Positions 9,457-21,651 of a stretch of 64,000 bases of DNA are shown piece by piece. Numbering within the stretch: position 1 is the stretch's first letter; the number at the start of each line of letters is the position of its first letter. The notes beneath the pieces are model-generated. The model did not search any database. It saw only the letters and a program-made list of their open reading frames with translations, and was not told the origin of the DNA. The translations under genes were made by a program, and so were the position numbers. The DNA is from Kofleriaceae bacterium (lineage in GTDB: Bacteria > Myxococcota_A > Polyangia > Haliangiales > Haliangiaceae): positions 279,837 to 343,836 of the forward strand of contig JAWKQX010000006.1 in the NCBI GenBank assembly GCA_041389925.1, given 5' to 3'.

Positions 9457-11442
9457 ATGTCTCGTTCTCGTGCTGCAGTTTCACGTCTCGGGCTCACCTG
9501 CTCGTTGTTGAGCGTCGGACTCTTGGGTTGTAACGGAGAGCCCGCCGACGTCGGCAGGGTCGGGGCGAGGAGCGCCGTCGCTCACGCGCTCACCAGCGGC
9601 GACGATCCGCTGGACGCTCCCCAGGAGCTCCTCGATGCCGCGCGCGAGCTGCTCGGCGCGCGGCTCGGTCAGGATCCGGCGACCCTCGTCATCACCAACG
9701 CCGCGCCAGTGACGTTCCCGCTGCTGCAGCGCAGCCTCTATCGGTTCAAGGCGCTCGATGGTCGCGGCGACGTCCAGTCGATCGCGCTCAACAACAACGG
9801 GACGCGCGAGGAGGACTTCGAGGCGCTTGAGGGGCTCGAGGCCTCGCTGTACCAGCAGGATCACGGACAGCTCACGCCCGATCTGGCCGAGCAGCTCGCG
9901 GTGCTCCCCGACGAAGAGGAGATCGAAGTCGCGATCCAGGCGCTCGTTCCGCAGGGTGACTCCGGCGGGCCCATGCGCCCCGATCCCTCGACGAACCTCT
10001 CGGACTCGGAGGTGGACGCCTTGTACACGGCGGTGGACGCGCACCGCTCCGAGGTCGCGCGGGTGCTGACCGCGCCGATCAAGCAGCGGCTCGGAGGTCT
10101 GGGCTATCAGGGGGAGGCGGACGCGCTCGCGCCGATCGTGCACGTCAAGCTCCCCGTCCACCTGATCCGAGAGGCGGCGCGCTGGAATGACGTCAGCAAG
10201 ATCTTCGCGTCCGCGACCTACGAGTCGACGATGAACGTCGCGCGCGCGACCGTCGAGGCGGACGTCGTGAACTCGCGAGGCATCACGGGGACCGGGGTTC
10301 GCGTCGCCGAGATCGAGGTCGGCGGCATGCTCCCTGCGGCCAACCCGTTCCTCGCGGGGACGACGCAGGATCCGGTGTCCGCGTGCTTTCATCCTCACGC
10401 GACCTGGGTCGCGGGCACGATCCGCAGCACGCACGCGACCATCCGCGGGGTCTCGCCCGACGTCAACCTGCGCGTGGGCGGCTCCTGCGCGGGCTCCGGT
10501 TCGCAGCTGGTCAGTCGCTCCACCGCGGCGTCGAGCTGGGGCGCGCGCGCGTTCAACTTGAGCTTCGGGAGCAACGCGGGCACGCAGCCCGGCGCGCTCG
10601 ACAACTACTACGACGACCTGGTGCAGAACGGCTGGCGTACGGTGGTGGTGTCCGCGGGCAACTCGGGTCCGTCGGCGATCGTCGGCAGCCCGGGGCGGGC
10701 CTACAACGTGCTGACGGTCGGCGCGATCGATGATCACAACACGATCCCGTGGCTCGGCGACACGATGAGCACGTTCTCGAGCTCGCTTGATCCCGTGTCG
10801 TTGCACGGCGATCGCGAGAAGCCGGAGGTGGTGGCGCCGGGCACGAGCATCACGACGACGTCGCCGACGTCGCCGTGGGTGGGCGCGACGGTCTCCGGCA
10901 CGAGCTTCTCGGCGCCCATCACCACGGGCTCCGCGGCGCTGCTCATGCGGCGGTCGTCCGGATTGCAGGTCTGGCCAGAGGCGGTGAAGGCGATCTTGAT
11001 GGCCACCGCGGTCCACAACGTCGAAGGCGCGACGCGCCTGAGCGAGCGCGACGGCGCGGGGGCGATCGTCGACGGTCTCGCGGACGACATCGCCCACGGC
11101 GTCAGCGGGAACTGGGGAGGGCGCGCGTACTCCTGCGGGGTCCCGACGATCCAGAACGTCACGACCATGTCGCTCGTCTCCAATCGCGTCACGCGAGTCG
11201 CGGTCACGTGGGACACCAACCCGAGCTACAACCAGTATGCCGGCCAGCCGAGCGCCGATCTCGATGTCACGATCCTCGGTCCCTCGGGTGCCGTCGTCGC
11301 GGGCTCGGGGAGCTGGGACAACCCGTACGAGATGATCGAGTTCACGGCGCCGGTGACCGGCACATACACCGTGCGCGTCCACAAGTACCGCTGCAGCCTG
11401 ACCCCGAAGTGGCTGGGCTGGGCGTGGTACCAGAACTACTGA
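9457..11442 (+). CDS. Secreted subtilisin-like serine protease (peptidase S8) with lipoprotein-type signal peptide and C-terminal beta-rich domain
   Basis: Lipobox 'LLGC'. Asp/His/Ser triad contexts: 'VRVAEIEVGG' (D), 'HATWVAGT' (H), 'GTSFSAPITTGSAALL' (S). GGGGGA SD-like sequence 8 bp upstream of ATG 9457. A TTG at 9445 is also possible. Confidence 0.85.
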   Translation: MSRSRAAVSRLGLTCSLLSVGLLGCNGEPADVGRVGARSAVAHALTSGDDPLDAPQELLDAARELLGARLGQDPATLVITNAAPVTFPLLQRSLYRFKALDGRGDVQSIALNNNGTREEDFEALEGLEASLYQQDHGQLTPDLAEQLAVLPDEEEIEVAIQALVPQGDSGGPMRPDPSTNLSDSEVDALYTAVDAHRSEVARVLTAPIKQRLGGLGYQGEADALAPIVHVKLPVHLIREAARWNDVSKIFASATYESTMNVARATVEADVVNSRGITGTGVRVAEIEVGGMLPAANPFLAGTTQDPVSACFHPHATWVAGTIRSTHATIRGVSPDVNLRVGGSCAGSGSQLVSRSTAASSWGARAFNLSFGSNAGTQPGALDNYYDDLVQNGWRTVVVSAGNSGPSAIVGSPGRAYNVLTVGAIDDHNTIPWLGDTMSTFSSSLDPVSLHGDREKPEVVAPGTSITTTSPTSPWVGATVSGTSFSAPITTGSAALLMRRSSGLQVWPEAVKAILMATAVHNVEGATRLSERDGAGAIVDGLADDIAHGVSGNWGGRAYSCGVPTIQNVTTMSLVSNRVTRVAVTWDTNPSYNQYAGQPSADLDVTILGPSGAVVAGSGSWDNPYEMIEFTAPVTGTYTVRVHKYRCSLTPKWLGWAWYQNY

Positions 11443-11614
11443 TCAAACGACGCGAGCGCCCACCTGCTCCGCGAGGCCAGGCCTCGCTAGCGGGTCGCTG
11501 CCTGCGAGGAGGCCCGACGAGCCGCGAAAGCTCGGCGGGCGAGGGCGTCGCTGGCGCAGGTCGCGGCGGGCACCTGCCCGCGCCGCTCCGCGCGCGAGGC
11601 CTGGCGTCCGCGGC

Positions 11615-12760
11615 TCAGCCGTCGAGGCAGGTGCCGTAGCGGATGCTCTGCACGCGCGCGCTCCCGACCGCCCGGGCGAAGCCGCCCCAGAACGAGAAGT
11701 TCGTCCCGTAGGTGTGGACGTGCACCCTGGTGGTCAGGAATGACGAGCTCGCGTGATGGAAGGAGCAGGTGCTCGTCACCGTCGTGGGGCGGTTGTCGAA
11801 GAGATAGCCGAACGGGATCCAGCGATCGAGCACCGGCGTGGTGCAGCTCGCCACCCGCCGGCCCGAGTCGAAGGTCTCGATGGTGACCGCCACGCCGCTG
11901 CCGACGTAGGAGAGCTGCCAGAGAAATAGCTCCGCGAAGTTGGACGGGAGGCTCACGGTCGCGGTCACCACGGTCGTGCCCGCGCCCGCCGGCGGGATGT
12001 TGTCCGCGCGCACCCAGCCGCCGACGCCGGACGCGCCGATGAGGACGTTCGACTCGGAGCGGATCGTCCCGTTGCGGCTGACCGCGGGGAGGTTGGCGGA
12101 GTTGACCCCCCACCACCAGTTGCCGGCCTGGAAGTACGGCGGGAAGGGCTCGAACTCGAAGCCCGTCGAGCAGCCCGCGCGCGTCTGCGGCCCGCCCTGC
12201 GTCACCCCCCGCGGCTCGGGCGGCGGCGCGTCTCCAAACGCGACCCGGCGCACCTCTTCGCTGAGGGCCTCCGACGTCGTGCCCATGTAGTCCATCGCCT
12301 TCTGGATGAGCGGGCCTCGCTCCTCGCCGAAGCGCTCGAGCGCGACGTGGATCTCCTTGGAGTCGGCGAGCTTGCTGATCTCCACGATCTCCGCCTGGAG
12401 ATCCGCGTAGCTGAGGCCGGACGTCTCGCGGAGCGCGAGATCGAGCTGCGGCGCGATCTTCTCGTCGACGTACTGCTGCGCGCGCGCGCCGGCGGCGATG
12501 AGGTCGGCGGTGAACTCCGGCGGCGTCTCGCTCGGCGGATCTTCGACGCGCAGCGCGCTCACCTCGGCGGCGCCGAGCGGCGCGCTCGCGGGCTCGGCCT
12601 GGACCGTCGGGGTGTCCGACGTGACGCCGTCGCTCTCGGCACACGCGCCGAAGCCCAGGCAAGCGGTCAACGTCAGCGCGAGCGCTCGGGCGGCGCGACC
12701 GCGGGACTGGGGAGGCGACGTAGGACGCGACGTAGATAGATGGAACTCGACCTTGCTCAT
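11615..12760 (-). CDS. Hypothetical secreted lipoprotein
   Basis: ATG at 12760 (MSKVEF...). Lipobox 'LTACLGFGAC'. No recognisable catalytic motif. C-terminal half is Trp/Gly/Thr-rich and beta-like. Confidence 0.6.
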   Translation of the reverse strand: MSKVEFHLSTSRPTSPPQSRGRAARALALTLTACLGFGACAESDGVTSDTPTVQAEPASAPLGAAEVSALRVEDPPSETPPEFTADLIAAGARAQQYVDEKIAPQLDLALRETSGLSYADLQAEIVEISKLADSKEIHVALERFGEERGPLIQKAMDYMGTTSEALSEEVRRVAFGDAPPPEPRGVTQGGPQTRAGCSTGFEFEPFPPYFQAGNWWWGVNSANLPAVSRNGTIRSESNVLIGASGVGGWVRADNIPPAGAGTTVVTATVSLPSNFAELFLWQLSYVGSGVAVTIETFDSGRRVASCTTPVLDRWIPFGYLFDNRPTTVTSTCSFHHASSSFLTTRVHVHTYGTNFSFWGGFARAVGSARVQSIRYGTCLDG

Positions 12761-13032
12761 GATGGTTGTCCTCGAAAGTGCCAGGGCAGCGAGCAGCGCA
12801 GCCCCTGAGCCGCTCACGTGCATTCGCGAGCCGGCTGGCTGTCGAGAAACAAGGCGACGCGTGCGACGTCGCGTTACACGCAGACGCGAAGAAATCGGCA
12901 AGTCGCCGTGAGATCTGGTCCCTGGCGACCGGCGGGCGATCAGGGGGGCCGGGCGTGGCGACGGGTCGTCACGCGTGCGCGCGGCGGCCGTGGCTAGCAC
13001 GGGTCAGCGCGAGTCGCTGCGCCGCGCCTTCG

Positions 13033-13257
13033 TCAGGCCTCGGCTTCGTCGTCGCGCGCCGGGGGCTTCTCGAAGTCGGTGCGGTTGTGCGACCCATCGC
13101 AGATGGGCGCGCTGGCGGTGTGCCCGCAGCGGCAGAGCAGGACTCGCGTGCGGCCCTCGAGATCGATGAGGTTGCCATCGAGCCCGTACAGCTCGCACGG
13201 ACCGGCCAGCTCGACGGCGAGGGGGCCGCGCGCCTTGGGGCGGATGCGCACGCTCAC
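13033..13257 (-). CDS. CDGSH-type iron-sulfur domain protein (mitoNEET-like [2Fe-2S])
   Basis: 'CRCGHTASAPICDGSHNRT' is the canonical C-x-C-x(8)-C-DGSH motif. GTG start at 13257-13255 overlaps the TGA stop of the upstream globin gene (GTGA). Confidence 0.75.
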   Translation of the reverse strand: MSVRIRPKARGPLAVELAGPCELYGLDGNLIDLEGRTRVLLCRCGHTASAPICDGSHNRTDFEKPPARDDEAEA

Positions 13258-13895
13258 GTCGGTGCTCCCGCCAGGGCGCTCGTGCTGGCGTCGCTCGCGG
13301 CGGCCTCGTCGTCGACGCCGGTCGCGTGCGCGCACGCGCTACAGCGCGTCTCGCCGGTGCGCAAGTGATACCAGGCGGTGGCGTCGATCTCCACGATCGC
13401 GGCGCAACGATCGCAGATCCCGCCGGCGCTCATCGCGGTCGCCTTCCACCCCTCGAGCGGCATGGCCACGCCGTTGCGCTTGCGCGGGAACGGGGCGCTC
13501 TTGACGATGTTGGCGCGGAAGGACTCGTCGATCCTGCGGAAGTCCGCGATCAGGGCCTCGCTGAGGCCGTGCTCGCGGAGCACCTGCGCCATCAGGGCCT
13601 CGCGGTAGTCGAAGAGCTCGTTGGAGATGACCATCCAGTGGTGCGCGTTGCGCGGGCGGTCTCCGAAGTAGCAGTCTTCGCCGGTGAGGATCTGGCGGAG
13701 GAACGCGTATTGATGATCGATCGCCCACGCCTTGGTGGTGTTCACGAAGAACGGCGCGAGACGCGGATCTCGATACACGCGCTCGTAGAACTCGATCAGG
13801 ATGGTGCGAAGCAACGCGCCGCGATCGAACGCCTCCCAGAGCGCTGGGTGGGGCTCGAGCGCGCGCCGACGAGAGTGGGCCTCTGTTGCGCTCAT
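13254..13895 (-). CDS. Truncated haemoglobin (trHb/2-on-2 globin) with C-terminal CxxC...CxxC zinc-ribbon extension
   Basis: 'FYERVYRDPRLAPFFVNTTKAWAIDHQYAFLRQILTGEDCYFG...NAHHWMVISNELFDYREALM' matches the trHb B/E/F-helix pattern. C-terminal 'CDRCAAIVEIDATAWYHLRTGETRCSAC'. Confidence 0.7.
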   Translation of the reverse strand: MSATEAHSRRRALEPHPALWEAFDRGALLRTILIEFYERVYRDPRLAPFFVNTTKAWAIDHQYAFLRQILTGEDCYFGDRPRNAHHWMVISNELFDYREALMAQVLREHGLSEALIADFRRIDESFRANIVKSAPFPRKRNGVAMPLEGWKATAMSAGGICDRCAAIVEIDATAWYHLRTGETRCSACAHATGVDDEAAASDASTSALAGAPT

Positions 13896-14349
13896 GCCTC
13901 CAGGCTAGCACCGCACCTCGAGGACCCTCAGCGCCAAATCGGGTTGCCGTCGGGTAGCGCGGCAAGGGACCGCAGCCTCGCCGCCGCAGCGGGTGTGCTC
14001 TCCGAGGCAGCCCTCGGCGTTCTTCGCGCGAACCGAGAGGTCCTCCGTGTGCCGCCCGCGCAGCTTGTGTGCGCGGCACCGACGCGCGACCACGATGATC
14101 TCGGGAGCCGCGCGTGCGATGTCCAAGCTCGGTCCGTCGTCGTCCCGTTGCTCGCGTCGCCCCGCGGGCCAGGGCTCCTCGCAGGGGGCGGCTTCTTCGC
14201 CGACGACTTGCGGGGCCGGCGCGCGCGCGCTCGCTGAGAGGACTGGCCACGTGGCGCGAGCGTCGGCGCGGCGTGCTACTACCGCGTCCGTGAGCGAGCG
14301 TGCGCACGGCTACCCCGCTGCGGAGTCCTGGGGCTTTGATCGCCGCGCC

Positions 14350-15033
14350 ATGGTTGCGCTGGGGCGTGAGCGCGCCGCGCAGTATCGCGACGCGCAGCCG
14401 TATCCGCACGTGGTAGTCGACGGCCTGCTGGGCGACGCGCGATCGGCGGCGCTGGCGGGAGCCTTCCCGCGACCGGACCACCCGGGCTGGAAGCGACGCG
14501 ACTACGCGGAGCAGGCCGGGCGGCTGGGGCAGCTCCAGCGCAGCGGCTTCGACGGCGTGGCGGCCGGTCTGCGCGTCCTGCTCGCCGAGCTCTGCGGGAT
14601 GGCGTTCCTCGATTTCCTGGCCGCGCTGACCGGGCGTCGCGACCTGATCGCGGATCCGCACTATACCGGCGCGGGGCCGATGGCCACGCTGCCCGGCGGA
14701 CACCTGGCGTTGCACACGGACTTCAACCGGGACAGCGCGCGCCGTCTGGACCGAGCCGTCACGGCGCTCTACTACGTGCCGATCTCCTGGGACGAGGACT
14801 GGGGCGGTGAGCTCGAGCTGTGGGACCGCGCGCGCACGCGCTGCGAAGTGAAGATCGCGCCGGTGCGAGACCGGCTGGTCGTGATGGCCTACGGCGAGGA
14901 CCACTGGCACGGCCATCCGTCACCGCTGCGCTGCCCGGACAGCGAGCTGCGCGCGGTGGTGGCCGCGTACTACTACGCGGCGCGCGCCAACCCCGAGGAC
15001 GAAGCGCGCGCACACGGCGCGATCTGGACCTGA
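14350..15033 (+). CDS. 2OG-Fe(II) oxygenase family protein (PhyH/prolyl-hydroxylase-like)
   Basis: HxD...H ligands 'HTDFNRD' and 'HWHGHP'. 'HVVVDGLL' N-terminal motif. Start ambiguous: ATG 14350, or GTG 14290 or further upstream. The long antisense ORFs here are artefacts. Confidence 0.6.
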   Translation: MVALGRERAAQYRDAQPYPHVVVDGLLGDARSAALAGAFPRPDHPGWKRRDYAEQAGRLGQLQRSGFDGVAAGLRVLLAELCGMAFLDFLAALTGRRDLIADPHYTGAGPMATLPGGHLALHTDFNRDSARRLDRAVTALYYVPISWDEDWGGELELWDRARTRCEVKIAPVRDRLVVMAYGEDHWHGHPSPLRCPDSELRAVVAAYYYAARANPEDEARAHGAIWT

Positions 15034-15150
15034 GCGTCGCGGCCGTTCGCGCAACGGCCGCAATGGGGCGCGCCGCGCGGCGTCAAACTCGCGCAGATCG
15101 CTGCGCGACGCGGATGAGTCGCGCAGCGGCGCTGTCCGGTCGCGGCTCGT

Positions 15151-17520
<2,370 letters not shown>

Positions 17521-17681
17521 GGCCGCGGACCATACCCCAGGTGTCGTGCCGCGCCGAGTCATACGATGTCGAAAGCTGGCCGCGCGCCGGTGGCTGGACC
17601 GCTGGACGTCTCCTAAGTGGGCTCAAGCTCGAGAGATCGTGCCGGGGAGTCGACCGACGGCGGAGAATCCTACGCCGGGCC

Positions 17682-19688
17682 ATGGGCGGCATGAGTTCGA
17701 CGGGTACTGTCCACGCCGATGATCTGCCCCGGTCCCGCCGCCATCCCTCTCGCTCCCCGCGTGCGCTCATGACCGCCGAGCGCGTGCGTCCTTCAGGCGT
17801 GCCCGCCGAGGCGTGGTGGTCTCCCTCGGACAACGAGTGGGTCCTTGGCGCCAAGGACGCGGAAGGTCGTCTCCACGGCGAGGTCACGTACTGGCGACCG
17901 GACGGCTCGCTCGTGTGCAAGTGCGATCACGTCGCGGGGAAGCCGCACGGGGTCTCCCGCCGCTTCCACGAGAGCGGCGAGGTCTCGCAGCACTGCTACT
18001 TCGAGGACGGCAAGCTGCACGGCGTGCGCTCCTGGTTCATGACCGACGCCGCGACCACCGAGCGGCCCCGCGCCACGGGGTTAAACGAGCGCGTGTGGCG
18101 CGGCGAGCTCGACTACGTGCGCGGGGCGATCGTCGGGTTTCGCTACTACGATCGCGCGGGCAACCCGGTCGGCACCAACGGTGAGCCGCTGCCGGCGCGG
18201 CCGCCGAACGTGCCCTCGGACGCCAACCGCAACAACGCGGGGCGCTGGGTGCAAGGGCGCTGGGGCGAGGACGGGAAGCCCGCCGGCCCGCGGCGGTTCT
18301 GGAGCGCCGACGGCGCGCTCGAGACCGAGGAGCACCACGAGGGCGGCGAGGTCCGCGTCACGCACTTTCACCCCGACGGCGCGCGGCGAGTTTGGTACGC
18401 GCTCCGCGACGAGGAGCTCGTCGGCGAGGCGGCGGCGTGGCGCCGCGACGGCACGCCGCGGGTGCGCGCGACGTTCGGTGAGCGCACGACGATCGAACAC
18501 CTGGCGGCGGACGGCGCGGTCGTGCGCGCGGCGACGTACGACCCAGCGCCGGAGGCGTCCACCGCCCCCGCGGACCTCAGCGAGGACGAAGCGCTCGCCC
18601 TGCTGCATCTCGAGGACGATGAGGCCGAGGCGATCGACCCTGCGATGACGTGGTCCCCGGCGGGGCTGGGCCGGGTGATCGGCCTCGGCTGGGGCGGCGA
18701 CGACGATCGCGACGCGGCGGCGGCGCGCGCGGCGCGCGGCGTGGCGCTCAAGGTGGCGCCGGCGTCGCTGGCGGAGCGGCTCGTCGCGCTCAAGCTCGAT
18801 CGCGCGCCGCGCCTGCAGACGCCGCAGCGCGTGGCCGCGGTGGTGCGCGAGCTCGCGGCGGATCCCGCGGTGGACGGCGACGTGCTCCGCAACGAGTTCA
18901 TCTTTGCCGGAGGTCCTGGTGGGCTGCTGGCCCTCTCCGATCCCAAGCTCGCGCCTACGTACCTCAGGTCGCGCTGCCCCAATGACACGCTCCAGCTCGC
19001 CGATCTGGGGCTCACCGAGCTGCCGCCGTGCCTGGGCCGCTTTCACGACGTGGCGCGGCTGTACGCCGAGGGCAACCGGCTCACCACCGTGCCAAGTGAG
19101 GTGGGCGACATGTTCCAGCTCGCGTGGCTGAACCTGGCGCGCAACCGGATCCAGTCGCTGCCGGCGACGCTCGCGTGGCTGCCGAGCTTGCGAACGTTGT
19201 ACCTCTCCGACAATGCGTTGACGTCGATCCCGTCGACGGTCTTCGAGCTGCAAGAGCTGTGCGACCTCGCGCTCGGCGACAACCAGCTCACCGAGCTGCC
19301 CGAGGCGATCGGGGACCTGCCGTGCCTGCGGCAGCTCTGGTTGACCGGCAGCCCGCTCCCTTCGCTGCCGGCCAGCCTCTCCAAGCTGCCGCTGAGGTTC
19401 CTGCACCTCGGCGGTCACGCATGGGAGGAGCCGCCGGAGGTGCTGGGCGACTGCGTGCACCTGGAGACGCTGTGGATCGCCTCGCGCGCGCTCAAGCGGC
19501 TGCCGGCGGCGATCTGCAAGCTGCCCAGGCTGCGCGAGCTGATCCTCTGGTACTCGAGCGTGACGGAGCTCCCCGAGGAGCTCTACGAGATGAAGCAGCT
19601 CACCGAGCTGCGCATCAAGCACAACCCGCTGCCCGACTCCGTCTACGCCCGGCTCGCGGAGGCGCTGCCGTCGACGCGGATCTCCTAG
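17682..19688 (+). CDS. MORN-repeat + leucine-rich-repeat (LRR) protein. No NTPase domain visible.
   Basis: N-terminal 'GRLHGEVTYWRPDGSL...GKPHGVSRRFHESGEV...GKLHGVRSWF' MORN-like units. C-terminal about 230 aa of LxxLxLxxNxL repeats ('LYAEGNRLTTVPSEVGDMFQLAWLNLARNRIQSLP...'). Start ambiguous: ATG 17682 preceded by GGAGAA, or ATG 17769. Confidence 0.7.
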   Translation: MGGMSSTGTVHADDLPRSRRHPSRSPRALMTAERVRPSGVPAEAWWSPSDNEWVLGAKDAEGRLHGEVTYWRPDGSLVCKCDHVAGKPHGVSRRFHESGEVSQHCYFEDGKLHGVRSWFMTDAATTERPRATGLNERVWRGELDYVRGAIVGFRYYDRAGNPVGTNGEPLPARPPNVPSDANRNNAGRWVQGRWGEDGKPAGPRRFWSADGALETEEHHEGGEVRVTHFHPDGARRVWYALRDEELVGEAAAWRRDGTPRVRATFGERTTIEHLAADGAVVRAATYDPAPEASTAPADLSEDEALALLHLEDDEAEAIDPAMTWSPAGLGRVIGLGWGGDDDRDAAAARAARGVALKVAPASLAERLVALKLDRAPRLQTPQRVAAVVRELAADPAVDGDVLRNEFIFAGGPGGLLALSDPKLAPTYLRSRCPNDTLQLADLGLTELPPCLGRFHDVARLYAEGNRLTTVPSEVGDMFQLAWLNLARNRIQSLPATLAWLPSLRTLYLSDNALTSIPSTVFELQELCDLALGDNQLTELPEAIGDLPCLRQLWLTGSPLPSLPASLSKLPLRFLHLGGHAWEEPPEVLGDCVHLETLWIASRALKRLPAAICKLPRLRELILWYSSVTELPEELYEMKQLTELRIKHNPLPDSVYARLAEALPSTRIS

Positions 19689-19719
19689 CGTCTCGACCGG
19701 GACCGGGATCCAGGAGGAG

Positions 19720-20277
19720 CTAGGAGCCGCGGCGCGGCAGCTCGCCCTCGGGATCCGGCAGCGCCTCCACGCGCGCGAGGACGTACTCGACCAGCGGCTC
19801 CGCGAGCTCTTCGGCCGGCGACGGGATCGCGAAGTACGGGCCGCCCTGCGCGGCGCGAAACGCCAGGAAGTGATGCACCGGATCTTGCTCGATCGCGTCG
19901 CCGTGCTCGGCGCGGTAGCGCTCCACCGCGTCCGCCAGGCGCGCGAGCACCTCGGCGTTCTCGATGGCGCCGATCGCGTCGAACGCCGCGGCGTAGCGTC
20001 GCGTGGCCTCGGCGCCGTGGTTCCACGCGACCTGATCGAGGCCGCCGTTGGCGAGGTCTCGATCGATCGCGCGCTTGGCGTGCACCGCGTCGATCGCGCC
20101 CTGCGGGAGCAGCGGCACGGCGAAGGTCGGCGCGGCCGCCGCCAACCTCAGCACGTCGTCCAGCGAAGCCTCGTACGGGTCGCGCAGCGAGTACAGGGCG
20201 GCCCGGAGCTCGACCTCGGCAAAGCCGCCCGCGTCGCGTCGCTCGTCATCTTGATCGGCTGAGTCGTCGGCCATCGC
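19720..20277 (-). CDS. Hypothetical protein (acidic N-terminus, about 185 aa)
   Basis: ATG at 20277 (MADDSADQDDERRD...). Good GC3. No motif I can name with confidence. Confidence 0.5.
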   Translation of the reverse strand, partial: AMADDSADQDDERRDAGGFAEVELRAALYSLRDPYEASLDDVLRLAAAAPTFAVPLLPQGAIDAVHAKRAIDRDLANGGLDQVAWNHGAEATRRYAAAFDAIGAIENAEVLARLADAVERYRAEHGDAIEQDPVHHFLAFRAAQGGPYFAIPSPAEELAEPLVEYVLARVEALPDPEGELPRRGS

Positions 20278-20490
20278 TCCCTCGCGTTCGTGGCGGCCCG
20301 CGCCGCTCGCTGCACGGGCGAGGCGAGACCGAGCCGACTGTATCCTCGGCGAAGGGCGCACGCCAGGCGGCCGCGCGCCTCTGGGGCGCTCCCCAGGTGC
20401 TCGCCCGTGGTGAGCGAGGTGCCACGGAGGCGGTCAGGCCTCTTCGGCGTCTGTCCTATCCCGAGCCACGGCGCCGCGATACCATGCGGC

Positions 20491-21552
20491 ATGGCGGAGC
20501 GGCGGCGGACAGGTCCTGCGCAGCGTGTGACCTCGAGCAGGCTCCTCGGGATGCTCGATCGCTTCTACGATCTCGAGGCCGATGACGTCACGTGGATGCG
20601 CGGGCTCGCCGAGGCGATCGGGCCGCTGGTGGACTGCGGCGCGGGCGTGTTCACGTGCGCGGTGGGGACCGTCCCCGAGGCCGAGCCCTTGTTCCTCAGC
20701 CGCGACTACGACTGCACCGCGATGTGGCGGCGGCTGCAGGCCGTCGTGCCCCAGTGGGTGTTCGTCGAGGTCATGCAGCAGATGCCGATCAGCAACACCG
20801 ACATGGCCGCGCCGCACCTTCGGCGCTTCGCGTCCACGACGCATCGAGCGATGGGGATGTATAGCTGCTCGGGGATCAACGCGGCGCGCGCGGACGGCGT
20901 GCTCACGGTGAGCATCCCCGCGCCGACGCGTGGAATCGTTTTCTGGCCCGAACAGGATCGCCAGCTCTGGGATCGCATCGCGGCGCACCTAAGCGCCGCG
21001 TTTCGGCTCCGGGGCAACCGCGACCCGCGTCCGCGGCTGGTGTTCGACGAGCGGGGGCGGCTCTTGCACGCGGAGCCGGACGTCGCGCGCGATCGGTCCC
21101 TGCCGTCGCTGCGCGACGCGGCAGAGGCGGTGGCGCGCGCGCGCAACCGCCGGCTCCCGCCGGCCAAGGTGCTGGCGGCGTGGCGGGCGCTGTACCAGGG
21201 CGACTGGTCGATCGTGGAGTCGGTGCAGCGCGACGGCCGCCGCTTGCTCCTGGCGCGGCCGAACGCGCCGCTGGCGCTCTCTCGCTCGAGCGGGCCCGGC
21301 TCGCCTCCGAGCCCGGGGGGCGGGTCGCCGCCCCGACCGGCGCTGTCCCCAACGGAGCGCCGGGTGCTGGCGGCGCTGGCGAGCGGTCACTCCAACAAGG
21401 CGATCGCGTATCAGCTCGGCCTCGCGGACTCCACGGTCAGCACGCTGCTGGCGCGGGCGGCGCGCAAGCTCGGCTGTCGCAACCGCGTCGAGCTCACCGT
21501 GGCGGCGCGCGCGGCGCGGGCGGGCGACGCGCCGCCGGACCCCGACGCGTGA
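20491..21552 (+). CDS. LuxR-family transcriptional regulator (GerE-type C-terminal HTH, about 270-aa N-terminal domain of unknown function), paralogue A
   Basis: C-terminal 'LSPTERRVLAALASGHSNKAIAYQLGLADSTVSTLLARAARKLGCRNRVEL' is a LuxR/GerE HTH. ATG 20491 (MAERRRTGPAQ). Confidence 0.75.
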   Translation: MAERRRTGPAQRVTSSRLLGMLDRFYDLEADDVTWMRGLAEAIGPLVDCGAGVFTCAVGTVPEAEPLFLSRDYDCTAMWRRLQAVVPQWVFVEVMQQMPISNTDMAAPHLRRFASTTHRAMGMYSCSGINAARADGVLTVSIPAPTRGIVFWPEQDRQLWDRIAAHLSAAFRLRGNRDPRPRLVFDERGRLLHAEPDVARDRSLPSLRDAAEAVARARNRRLPPAKVLAAWRALYQGDWSIVESVQRDGRRLLLARPNAPLALSRSSGPGSPPSPGGGSPPRPALSPTERRVLAALASGHSNKAIAYQLGLADSTVSTLLARAARKLGCRNRVELTVAARAARAGDAPPDPDA

Positions 21553-21651
21553 TCGCGGCCGGGACTCCTGGCGTGCTGGTGGCCGGCGGCCCGCCGCGCC
21601 CGCAGATAGGGATCGCCCAAGGAACGTCCGTTGCGGTATGGTGGCGCTGAC

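Noticed and set aside
13339-14916. 525-aa minus-strand ORF across the globin/2OG-oxygenase intergenic region
   Set aside because: It overlaps the start of the real globin gene in another frame and runs antisense to the 2OG-Fe(II) oxygenase. Arg-rich with no motif.
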